Below, one piece after another: positions 26,101 through 36,551 of a stretch of DNA of 64,000 nt; the first letter of the stretch is position 1; each line of letters starts with the position of its first letter. This DNA is from Lingula anatina (lineage: Eukaryota > Animalia > Brachiopoda). The notes beneath the pieces were generated by a model. It had not been told where the DNA came from, ran no database searches, and saw only the letters and a program-made list of their open reading frames with translations. The DNA is taken from contig CM120648.1 in assembly GCA_051362555.1 (NCBI GenBank), forward strand, positions 4,894,587-4,958,586, given 5' to 3'. The translations under genes were made by a program, and so were the position numbers.

Positions 26101-27831
26101 AGAAAACTATTTTCCCAGTTCAGTTGTGGTGGTTTAAGTTTGCTACAGAATCGGAAAGGTGACTCTGCTTCCTGGGTTTGCACCACCGGCTGTATAAAAA
26201 AGGGATAATAACACCCATGAAACAACTGACACTGGAGTGTACTACAGTTATCTTAAATATCTAACTTATGATCAGCTTTATTGGCTTTTGTTCTGAGATT
26301 TGATTTTAGTCGATGAAATCACCTGCTCAGGCTGCTCTGTGCCAGCATCTACTCCTGTGGTCTCTTCACCTTCACCTGACGGGAATTCAGAAAATCAAAC
26401 ACCATAATAGTAAACAACTCTTCAAGAAAAACAGACATTAAAATTGTGAAGGCAGACATAATCAACTTGATGGGAATGAGCTGTTAAGGCAGCAAAGATT
26501 CTTTATATGCCATGTTTGTAAAACAATGACTGTGCATTACTAGTATGTTAAAATCTTATCTTTTTTTCCACTTTCTTCATGCTTTATCATGCTCAATATT
26601 TTAACAAAAATAAAAATGATATGGGACGTCCTATGTTAGGAACACTTCATGTACCACGTAAAAATCTCATTTATGATCTTTTGATTATTCTACCAAGCCA
26701 ACATTAAGGGTGTGTGATGCCATTCAGTTTTCTTCTCTTACCTTTCTCTTGACCTCCACCATCCCCTTGCCCTGCTTCACTGTAATCACAGAAAATAAGT
26801 CAATTATGATTGACATCACATTTTCAATGTACTGGGCATTCTTTAAGTTTTTTTTTTCAATTTCTCCATCCCTGTATCCTCTATATTACAACTAAATTGC
26901 CCTTGTCTATCATTTTATATTGTCCAGCAAACAGAACCAATCTTTTAATCATTGTGCCTCCCCCCCCCCCCCCCCCCCCACAATCATGGATTAGCCACAG
27001 TAACTCACCCAGTCCTCAAATGTTAAGGTAACTACTCACTCAGTCTCTACAGGATCTTTGTCTTTGCTCTGTTTTATACATAGTGGTTTCCCCACCACCT
27101 GCACAACAACTGTCTTCTCCTTCACAGGTTCTTCCTCACCATTTTCTGTTGTTTTGTCATCTGGAATAAAAAAAAAAAAATATTTATTCTACTATTGCTG
27201 TTACTGTCTATATCTGCTTTTTCATCATTTTAATTTTTTCACATACGTGTACTTTGTTATTTTGCTAAATTATATATGTAACGACTTAATTGGTGATTCG
27301 AGGAACGTTGAATTGCCTTGACACTTACAGTACTTCGTGTCGTGTTTCACCCACCCCCAAGGAGATCACAAACTGAACGAAAATTTATCATTAATAGGAA
27401 GTTAAGTTACCTCTCTCCTTCGCGTCTTTTTTCGGAGTTTCGCCATTCTGTTCTTTTTCTTTTTCCTCTTCGTCTCTTTCTTTAACGCGTACAATACCAT
27501 CACAAAACTTCTCACCGGCTTCAAAATCTTCAGCAGAAACCACGGTCGGTTCATCTTCGAGATACTCAAACTTGATCTTTAAGGCGTTTTCTTCATTATC
27601 ATCGACTTGCAGGGAATCTAGCCGAAATAGACCCTCATTCGGGCCACCGAAATTCACGTCCACGGATTCGTCATCATTTTTCTCCAGATGAATCGTGTTT
27701 GAAGAATCAGAAACACTCGAGAAAACCGCCTTTTTTCCTACAGTGAGAGTGAGATACACATCCATGACGTTCCGCGGTAACACGAATCCCGCTCCACGCT
27801 TCTTTTCTGCAGGTTTTTCACTCTCTGCCAT
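20234..27831 (-). CDS. C2H2 zinc-finger protein (~9 fingers) with AT-hook, acidic regions and Q-rich C-terminus; 14 coding exons, 841 aa
   Basis: Exons (minus strand): 27831-27411, 27160-27040, 26779-26742, 26375-26323, 26069-25940, 25433-25155, 24792-24605, 24306-24160, 23884-23649, 23311-23182, 22397-22230, 21643-21368, 21071-20814, 20314-20234. All introns are GT-AG, phases are compatible, and the total is 2526 nt without internal stops. Motifs: CPIC..HLTKKH, CPLC..HLEHQH, CEEC..HIMKVH, CDKC..HKKIYH, CHIC..HIQVMH, CPQC..HIRLIH, CPVC..HLQNVH, CKVC..HMRTH, plus an atypical CSLC..HFVQDH; AT-hook RGRGRPRK. Confidence 0.92.
20814..21071 (-). CDS. ZnF gene exon 13 (Q/E-rich)
   Basis: ttctcag acceptor, VRLVCVKKSGSDG...QELVQQ|gtaggg. 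Confidence 0.85.
21368..21643 (-). CDS. ZnF gene exon 12
   Basis: ttgtag acceptor, LTVQDVVNQPEL...LQPGAE|gtaggg. Confidence 0.85.
22230..22397 (-). CDS. ZnF gene exon 11
   Basis: VGNLNQHLQNVH...YLCKVCDRSFNRKTYLYNHMRTH...AAG|gtgaga. Confidence 0.92.
22547..23170. repeat. Compound (CT)n microsatellite/minisatellite with CCCAAAACCGT / CCCAAACCCAT spacers, in intron 10
   Basis: Direct reading; it is the source of the spurious ERER ORFs. Confidence 0.95.
23182..23311 (-). CDS. ZnF gene exon 10
   Basis: FKCPQCDRVCNDHHNLQRHIRLIH...QCPVCNKIFSQ|gtgggt. Confidence 0.92.
23649..23884 (-). CDS. ZnF gene exon 9
   Basis: IYKREDLLKNHIMKVH...FKCDKC...FQCHIC...; AG|gtgagt donor. Confidence 0.93.
24160..24306 (-). 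CDS. ZnF gene exon 8
   Basis: QCPLCGKILHNSSYLKEHLEHQH...ACEECGK|gtatgg. Confidence 0.92.
24605..24792 (-). CDS. ZnF gene exon 7
   Basis: RPCPICSEECKSGSALFYHLTKKH; cttcag acceptor, CAG|gtaggt donor. Confidence 0.88.
25155..25433 (-). CDS. ZnF gene exon 6 (basic region, AT-hook, acidic tract)
   Basis: cctgcag acceptor, KRGRGRGRGRPRKS, G|gtttgt donor. Confidence 0.88.
25685..26006. repeat. ~99 bp minisatellite (3+ copies) spanning the exon 5 / intron 5 boundary
   Basis: Units start at 25685, 25792 and 25891 (CTGCTACACTTGGAGATATAAT...GGATGAGAGCT), with a partial unit at 25990. Confidence 0.93.
25940..26069 (-). CDS. ZnF gene exon 5 (atypical finger C-x2-C-x11-H-x4-H)
   Basis: atttcag acceptor, LMMIASDVHSSERIECSLCGFISKCSRALIHFVQDHVQEGDLG, G|gtaggt donor. 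Confidence 0.78.
26323..26375 (-). CDS. ZnF gene exon 4 (53 nt)
   Basis: cccgtcag acceptor, GEGEETTGVDAGTEQPEQ, CAG|gtgatt donor. Confidence 0.7.
26742..26779 (-). CDS. ZnF gene exon 3 (38 nt)
   Basis: ttacag acceptor and G|gtaaga donor; reconciles phase 2 to phase 1. Confidence 0.7.
27040..27160 (-). CDS. ZnF gene exon 2
   Basis: tttattccag acceptor, DDKTTENGEEEPVKEK..., GA|gtgagt donor. Confidence 0.8.
27411..27831 (-). CDS. ZnF gene coding exon 1 (MAESEKP...KDAKER)
   Basis: AAGATGG Kozak-like start, 421 nt open frame, donor AG|GTAACT (phase 1). Confidence 0.88.
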
Positions 27832-30112
27832 CTTGTATTTCGCCTGTTGGCTAAATAGCCTAAGACGTCCTTCTGTCCAATGTTAAAGAGACTTGCACCA
27901 ATAAAAATTGGATCAATTTCCGATGAATTTGACTCAAGGTTTCGTTAATGGAGCGCCTCTTGAAAAATGGAGGCCACGCTGAAGTGCCCGGATGCATGAC
28001 AACGTTCGTGCCTCCGTTGATTGAAGAACAAGAAGAACATGCGCAGAATGAATATTGTACGTAATGTTATAAATATAGAACAAGGGGATTTTTGTTCATA
28101 TTTTTGGAAAGGTGAACAGTACGAAGAATTTTTTTTACCAAGGCTTTACGAATTTCACATAAATCAATCATAAAAGAAAATATTTTACTGCATAAAGCCA
28201 ATATGTCCTTATATTCTGCTAAGCGCTTGTTAAAAAAAATAGTAGGCCTATAATTTAAACTTTAATTAAAAAAATAAAATTGAGTCAAGCCAATAATTTC
28301 AAAAGACCACCGAAAATCAAAGTTAAGGAAGTTACACAGAACTGGTGGATGAATGAAAGCGTTTATTGATCAAAAACCTTTACATACAAGGTAGGCTACA
28401 ATAATATTTGACATGGTTTGACAAACTTATATACTATTAAGTCTTACTAAATACCATTTCTTTTCACCCCGCTGTACTTTACATGTATACTATACATGTA
28501 TAGTGGATCTATTTCGGAGACATCTGTAAACGATTTTTTTATCTCTTACAATCAACTCATTGAAATTTAAGTTGTTTTTTTTTTCCATCCATGAGCCTGA
28601 TCACTATATGTCCCTAACCTTCCTACCCCTTAAGTGCATTGATGTCAAGTCAAGGGCAAAGCAAATACATACGCCGGTATATTCTTACACTGGTGATTAG
28701 TTCTTATAATGTTGTTTACGCGAAGGGTACGATAAATTATTCTAATCAAGATGTACTGCTCGACTATATAGGCTTTAGCCAGTGTCTTAATATATTATAA
28801 CGGATAACTTACTCATGAAACATGTAATTAAAGCGAAATATGATGCACTTACTCGATGTTTGTGGCTTCTGTCCGATTCTGAAAAAAAAGGGCGCTCTTA
28901 GTCTTAAACGGTAGACAGAGACCCTAGGGGGAGACCACAGAAACGACCGTTCCTGCCTAGTTGTGAGCCACTGCCTGTAGTCCGTGTGTTAAGAAAAAAG
29001 AGCAGTGATGAGTTGAAGTACTTGAGTTGTTTGTTCTTATACGTGCCATTTAAAGTATTGCCACACCGACTAGTTATTGGGAAAATATTACATTTGCCCC
29101 AGTAGAAAACTTTCCTGGTCATTGTTTTAGTGAAAATGTGGCTGCAAATTTAAGTCCAAGTCTTAGTCTAAGAAAAACCAGACGCAGTCCACTTTTAAAA
29201 TGAGGTCACATTGCCTGTTTTTATTGAATGTTAGAAACGGTACGATCCTTTGTTACACGTACTGTAGGTCAACTTTCGATATGCGCCACGCTTAGAAACT
29301 GGGAAAAAAGAAAGTAGATCCGGATACGTGACTCATGCGCGGCTGTGACTGTGACTGGTATCTCAATTAAAGATGCATATGAAGTCAATTTTTGCTACAA
29401 AAGCCAACCAAATGCCAACACATCCTTTCAAGTAGTAAATTAAGAGAATTACCAAAAGGCATTGTTTAATTTTACCCGAAAAATGATATTTGAACGGATT
29501 TTTCTGCTAGCATTCTGTGCTGTATATCAAAGAGGCAGACAAGAAGGTCACGAAAGTAGGTTAAATTTCTGACCAAAAATTTAAAGAAAGGAGCAGTCAC
29601 AAGCTCTTTTATGGTTGAAAGAGTGACTTATTCAGTTTACTCCTTGGCACGTTGAATTTATTTGAGTCATATAAGAAACTAGTAGAAGTGGTTTATATTT
29701 GTTACTGGAATCCACGATCCACCGATGCTCGGTTCATATATATATATATACCTTTAAGAATGCCGTGCTATGTTACACGAAGGCTTGAATTCTTTTTGGG
29801 TCGCAACATATTTATCCGGAAGTAAAACAGGAAGTAGGCCTATTTTCAGTCTATACAGAAAGGCCAAAATCACGAAGTTACTCATTCTTTTAAAATAAGA
29901 AATATAATTATGAAGTTAATTTGATTTAGCTTCAGATATAACAAGACAGTGACTGGAGGAAAGTTAATGTTGAAGGTGCGTTTTCGAGCCAATTATACAG
30001 GTGAGTTGCCCATGCCGTTGTCCATGTAGGCATGACAGAAATGGCAGTCCACTAGGAACCGTAGTCCGCTCCCCATTACTTGAATCACTTTTGTAACTGT
30101 CATAATATTATA

Positions 30113-30294
30113 GACTGGGTTCCCATGCCTAGATTGATCCATCTGGATCGATCTATCCCCCCCCTCCCGGGGAGTCTCACAAAATTGCTATCAACTAACC
30201 GGCTTAAATGTCTGTCACGCCTACCGAATAAGTTAGGCGGTAAAGGTATTTACCCCATAACAGCTTTATTAGGCGTGACAGACATTTAAGTCGG
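30113..30294. mobile_element. Truncated or rearranged copy of the Harbinger-like MITE
   Basis: Left end GACTGGGTTCCCAT; internal inverted repeat CCGGCTTAAATGTCTGTCACGCCTA / TAGGCGTGACAGACATTTAAGTCGG. Confidence 0.7.
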
Positions 30295-30608
30295 TGTGGT
30301 AGAAGTGCACGTCCTAGTAACGAAAGTCGTAGGGCATGCATTGCTAGGATTGAGCGAGTAACGATATGAAATGGTATCGATGCGAAGGAAACAAGGAAAT
30401 ACATGTACTCGTGCCACATGGTCGATCCTATATCTTTCTTGTGGAAAGTAACCAACTTCCGTGTTGTACACTGTAGATAATGATGTTACTCTCTCCCCGG
30501 GCTGTAGATGAAGATACCTGTCATCAGGGCATGGGAGAGGGAATATTACACAAAGGTTTAAGGTTTTCCTAGTCCCCCCCCCCCCCCCGCCCTCCCCTCC
30601 CCTCCCCC

Positions 30609-30644
<36 letters not shown>

Positions 30645-32454
30645 AGAGCTCCTCCATTGGATTATGAGTGTGTCTTTCGGAATCTTATGCATCTCAGTCC
30701 CGCCTATCTTTAATAGAAACCTAATGACGTAATCAAACCAATAAACGTTCTTTAATTTAAAACCAGACACATAATTTACCAGGTGAAATGGCTGAACAAA
30801 GATTAAATGAATTGCAGACGGGATTTACTCGTCAAAATCAATTTCCCTCGTGGAAAAAATTCTTTTACTCAAGAATCATTGATCGACTCGCCCCAACACT
30901 TGGGTTTTCTGTTTTATTTCCGTCGTAATGTAATGATTAAGTTCTTAATGACATGCCTGTCATTTACAATGTCACAACTTCCTGTATATTTAGACCATTG
31001 CAGGTTTTATAGTTGTTAACGTCTGAACAGGAAAATATTTGTTGTTTTGCAGGATATGTACACACACAGAAAACACGACTCAAAAAATCTTTCAAATAAT
31101 ATGTCTTTACGGATAGATCAGGCATCAAGTCATTCAAAGATATGAGACAATCCATAAATTGGGATGGGGATTTATTAGGAAGTGATAACGGACCTTGACG
31201 GAATTGAATTTTCCTCACACAGCTAACGCTGCTAACATATCGGGGCCTACGTTTTATCTGATGGGTTGGGCTGTCCCTGGATGATGGTTGCTTCTTAACC
31301 CTTTTTACATTGTAATTTCTGCTATCTCCGCCTATGCTTTTAGAGAGAAAAAATAGAATTATATTCAGGGGTGTGCGTGGGCATAAACATTTAATAAAGT
31401 CATGTTTTATAATCCATGAAAATTTCAAAATGAAAAATTTCATATATTATTTGATATTATCTGATGATAATACATCTGTGTAGTCTATTGAAAATATTAA
31501 GTTTAAACGTTTCATTTTCTACACAAAATGAAAAAGCAAAAATAAAGTATTCGGTCACATCCTGTGTTATTATCCTGTGTTATCATGAGACTAAACACTC
31601 TACTCACCCATGTATCAGTCACTGTAGCAGTTCATAATAACACGTGCGCTGCGCTTATTGAATTTTTTTGACTTTTTGTCGGTGTCAAACACTTCAATTA
31701 TCAATATCTGTAATTGTGATATTCTACACATTAAAATAACTTCTTGATTATCAGCATAATCAGATAAAATTATATTATGTGTGATTGTGTTGTGACGTCT
31801 TAATACCTTTATTATGCGACAATCTAACTCTAGTAGAGTTCGAGGCTATAATTATATTCCCATTGTTTTGTACAGGTAAGCCTCGCCCTAGATTTTGACC
31901 CACTTAGGTCGTAAAGAGCGTTTGCAGGTCATTTTCCGGGACCCGAAATGATACGGTCAGTAGAATTACCCCGGGTATCTCACCAGTGAACGAATCACTG
32001 GGTCACGTGACGTTTTTTTTAAATCTACAAATGTAAACAGATAAACCATGTAGGAGTCTAAATTCCCTTCCCGATAATGCACAGAACGTTCATCTCCGGG
32101 TAGCCTGTAAGTCAGCGCACGACAAATAGAAACTAGATAATAGAAACCTAGGCGTTTTAGTGGCACAAGCTATTAATAGCAACGTACGTAATGTTCCCCA
32201 ATCTCACTTTCGCCAGTTCTTTCGACTGTGTTCTTTTAGGGAATCTAATAGAGAGTGGTCTACATTTACAACCCACAAACGCTTCCACGAATAAGATTAG
32301 AATTGAAGGAAGATCAGGTGTATTCCCCTTGACATACAAGTATGCTTGGCTGGTCCAGTGCAAACTTCAATGTGCGTGTAGCCCCAGTGATTCAACGCCG
32401 AGGTGCTTGTAAACTAAGTACATTATAAACTATTGAGCTGCCCTACTTGAAAAT

Positions 32455-32626
32455 GGTGTAGAGCCGCATTTTGCAACCGGTTGCAAAATACGTTCAGTTG
32501 AAAAATGCGGTCCTACTCAGTAGAGCCGCATTTTGCAACTGAACGCATTTTGCAACTGCAACGCATTTTGCAACCAAAGTAAATCGTGAAAACGCATTTT
32601 GCAACTGCAACGCATTTTGCAACCAG
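32455..32626. repeat. Array of CGCATTTTGCAAC motifs in direct and inverted orientation, probably DNA-transposon subterminal repeats
   Basis: About 7 direct and 2 inverted copies of the motif. Confidence 0.75.
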
Positions 32627-34218
32627 GTTTTTTTTTCTAAGTGCCTAAAACAGTTTGAAGTACGGAACAGGTAGAATTGGGGTGGGGACGGGTTTGCTTC
32701 GACTAGGTACGCTGAGACTGGTCAGGTTGCCTCTGGGGCGGGGAAAATATACGGGGAAAATATGCGCGGATGTGACTGATTGGTCAATGAACCTAAAACA
32801 AACGACGCCATGTAACATGATATTAATTGTTACACTCTTATTGGTTCTCAACATATTTATCCGAAAGTAAAACGAGTAAATATCTTCAGTCAAAAAGAAA
32901 AACCCAAAATCCCTAAGTTTCTCATTCTTCATAATTAGAAATTGGTAAAGCTTCAGATAGGCCTATAACAAGACAGTGACTAGAGGAAAGTTAATGTTAA
33001 AGGTGCGGTTTTGCAAACCATTTATACGGGTGAGTTGACCACACTGTTGTCCATGCCCGGGGTGTAACGTGACAGAGAGTCCTCCATGACAGACAGTTCA
33101 CTTCCCATTCTTTTGTACAGGTAAGCCTCGCCCTAGATTTTTGCCCACTTAGGTCAGGCTAATCCTAACCATTATAACTAAATGGAGTGCGAACTTTCTG
33201 TTAACGGAGCCTCAGTTTTGTTATACCGGTATGACAGAAATGGAAGTCTACTTGGAACCGTAGTCCGTTACCCATTACTTGGTACAGATGACATTCAGCT
33301 CGCATACTGACGTAAATTCTATTATTCCGAATAACCCCAACCTGTGATTATCATATGGGGCCTGGGACTTGAATTCCAATTGTCGCTGTCACATTTGCTT
33401 CCTTGAGTACAGTGTAATTTAAACATACATAGAGAGGTACATGGTGGTTGTATTGAGTGCGCTTCTATATGACGAAGGTTTGCTATTTCGAAGGTTTGCT
33501 ATTCTAAAACACGCATACATATACATGTACAGTGCAAAGACTTTGAAGAAAATATACTTTAATATTGTACAACCTATTGGTAAAGTACGTAATCAGTAAA
33601 ACAATCTTGTGCACTTCTGCACTTTCTTTATCAGTAATGTAATCCCCTCTACATGTTTGGCAGGGTCAGTGTAAACTTCAATGTATGTGGAGTCCCAGTG
33701 ATTCAACGCCGTTTTAAAGACGAAAGTGACTCGGACTCGAAAGTTCACACATTTCCGAACTGTGATTAAAAAATAGCTACGGTGAGCGAGTAACGCTACG
33801 AAAGATCGAGTATCGATACGAAGAAAACAAAGAAGTACATGTACTGTACACAGGAGCGGATCCAGGATTATTTGAAGGGGGAGGTCCGCCGATACGAAGC
33901 TGAACCTCCCCCCCCCCCTCCTGGCATGGGGTTCGGGGCCCAGTATTTTAGATGGCGAACGTTGCCATTTTTTACGGTTTGGATATATGATTCGGCTAGT
34001 CAGAATTCTAATTTCAAGAGGGGATTCTGTTGTAATTTTTTTTTCAAAAATCGAAAAGGGAGAGGTGGGCACTGTACTCGTAGGTCGATCCAACCTGAAT
34101 AGACCGGGAAACATATGTACTTCCTTGTGTAAAGTAACCAACTTCCTTGTTACTCTCTGTCCAGGCTCTAGATGATGTTAGTGGGAATATAACGACAAAG
34201 TTTTTAGGTTTTCCGGGT

Positions 34219-34273
<55 letters not shown>

Positions 34274-34295
34274 GCTCCATCTATTGGATTATGAA

Positions 34296-34570
34296 CAGTG
34301 GCGGATAAAGGGGGTGTTTCAAGGAGCTCCTGACCCTCCCCCCCCCCTTTCGATTTCTGAAAAAAAAATCACATTAATGGTCCCCTCTTGAAAATAGAAT
34401 TTTGACTAGCTGGATCATAGTTCTAAACCATGCCCTTCGCCCTCTAAAATGCCAAACATTTTCGGGGCCCTCTAGCTAGTCCCGAACCCCACTCCAAAAA
34501 GAGGGGGGGTTGTCTTCGCATTCGTGGACACCCACCCCCACCCCTTCAAATAATCCTGGATTCGAACCTG
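34296..34570. mobile_element. hAT-like MITE with CAG termini and a 5 bp TSD (ATGAA)
   Basis: ATGAA|CAGTGGCGGAT ... TCCTGGATTCGAACCTG|ATGAA; empty site in the paralogous block at ~30662; truncated inverted relative at 33851-34070. Confidence 0.8.
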
Positions 34571-36184
34571 ATGAATGTGTGTCTCGGAATCTCATCTCAA
34601 TCCCGTCCATCTCAAATACAAACATATTGACGTAATCAAACCAATAAACGTTCTTTGATTATTTAAGCATATCTGACACATTCCAATTTCATCAGGTGAA
34701 ATGGCTGAACAAATATGAAAGGAATTGCATATGGGATTTACCCGAGAATATTAAATTTCCTCGTGGAAAAAATTCTCGCACTCAAGAATCATTAATCGAT
34801 TAGCACTCGGATTCGCCGTTTCATTTCCAACCTAATATAATTCTTACGTTCTTAATGACTTACCAGTCAGTTACTATGTCATGTCCTCCTGTGCATTCAG
34901 ACCATTGCAGGTTTTAAAGTTGTTAGGTCTAAATTGGGAAATATTTGTTGCGTTGTAGGATATGTACACACAAAAAAGAGAGAGAGAATAAGTCACAGTG
35001 AAAACAACACAACTGATGCAGTGTCTGACAATATTTCATTTTCATCGCTATATTCTTTCAAAGTTAGCGTCTCGGTGAATTAAGCCAGGATGGGGCCTAT
35101 GACAACCATGTCCACATCAGACCAGCGTTCATATGTCACAGCCGAAATAAATTTGAATTTCACTGTCATGATATGTTGTTCACTCTCAGTCCAAAAATAG
35201 TCTATCACGGGCTAACGATCATCCAACGGTTAAGTCTTTTAAGGCCCATATTTTAAAACATGTATTTAAAAAATAAAGATAGGAAAGACTAATTAATATC
35301 GGTCTGAAGATATATATTTCGTCTCGTAAGGTAATTGAATTTTTAATATGGGGCTTCCAATTGGCCTAGATATGTCCCCTACACGCGCGCGCACACACAC
35401 ACACACATCACACATTAAATAAATTTAGATGGCTGTGTGCTAAAAAAGTCGAAAGAGGTCACCAGTGTCTCTATTTATTGAAGCACACAACTCGAATGAG
35501 CACACGAACAATATGTGGGGCCTCGATTTGAAACCTGTCAGCTTTTGTGTTTTTAATCTCCAAATACTTTTAAAAATTTATAAAGCTAATAAATAGGCCG
35601 TCTATAAGAACCTATTATATCGCATCTTTTATATTAATTATTATTACATATCACAATAATAAAAGAGTCGCCTTTTGATTTACGCCCGGCTATAAACTCT
35701 ATTAAAAAATATCCATTTTTACGAGATTACAAATTGTATCGTATTATTTGGTTCCTTTGCCTCACTTTCAAAAATTATAACAGGCGCTCCAAAATCGCAA
35801 GACGAAGTTAAAAATGTTTAGGCCCTATATTGGCTGAGTTCGCCCCCGATAAGAATATCCTTACAGCATTATCTGCAATTAACATTCCTACGATTTTAAA
35901 TGTATTTTGCAGTATAAATTTCAATCTGCCCGATGAAGAATTTTATTAATCAAGAGTGGGGGAGGGGTAGAATATCCCTTTGGGGCCACATATAACACTA
36001 TAAATGCGAAGGGAATCCCCTTTACAATGACCGCAAAATGAATGTTTATCAAAGGAAAGTCCTATGGATTTGCTTTTTAAAACATAGGTCTATATGTATA
36101 TCTAATATAATTTCTCAAAACAACACCAGAAAGCAAATTTAATCTAATCAACCAGACGGACAGGCTTTTGTTTATTTCAAACAG

Positions 36185-36550
36185 CGCACTTTTCGCGCAT
36201 GCGCAGTCGTTTGAATCCTGTGGCGCTTTTGTTAATTTGACCTCGACCGTTACCGAAGGAACTGTGCTACGTCAGTAAGATAGAAGAAGAGCGGCAGGAG
36301 CTGAGGTTCTATTTAAGGTCATTTTCCGGGACCCGGAAGTGATACGGTCAGTAGAATTGTCTCACCAGTTGGCGGAAGCACTAGGTCACACCACGTTGTA
36401 TGTTTTGATCAACACACGTGAACAGCAAACTCATATATTAGTGGGGTTTCGTCAGTTACGCCGCCATTTGTGAAGTACATTGATTGGATTAACTGTGTCA
36501 GAAAGCGGGGTTTTTTTTTTAGGTCATCAGAGATAGAATTACTACGTCAT
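36185..36550. promoter_or_regulatory. Housekeeping-promoter-like motif cluster
   Basis: NRF1-type CGCGCATGCGCA (36194), ETS CCGGAAGTG (36333), YY1-type CGCCGCCATTTG (36459), inverted CCAAT (36482), two TACGTCA half-CRE sites. Confidence 0.4.
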
Positions 36551-36551
36551 G

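Larger units (their letters stand above)
29800..36440. repeat. Old, diverged tandem segmental duplication (unit 1 ~29.8-32.05 kb, unit 2 ~32.85-36.44 kb) with different TE insertions in each unit
   Basis: Collinear matches 29930/32950, 30033/33231, 30351/33783, 30655/34283, 30720-31070/34620-34970 and 31926/36317. Confidence 0.85.

Noticed and set aside
30964-34141. 159 aa (31443-30964) and 182 aa (34141-33593) minus-strand ORFs
   Set aside because: They cross MITE or duplication boundaries and are not preserved in the paralogous block
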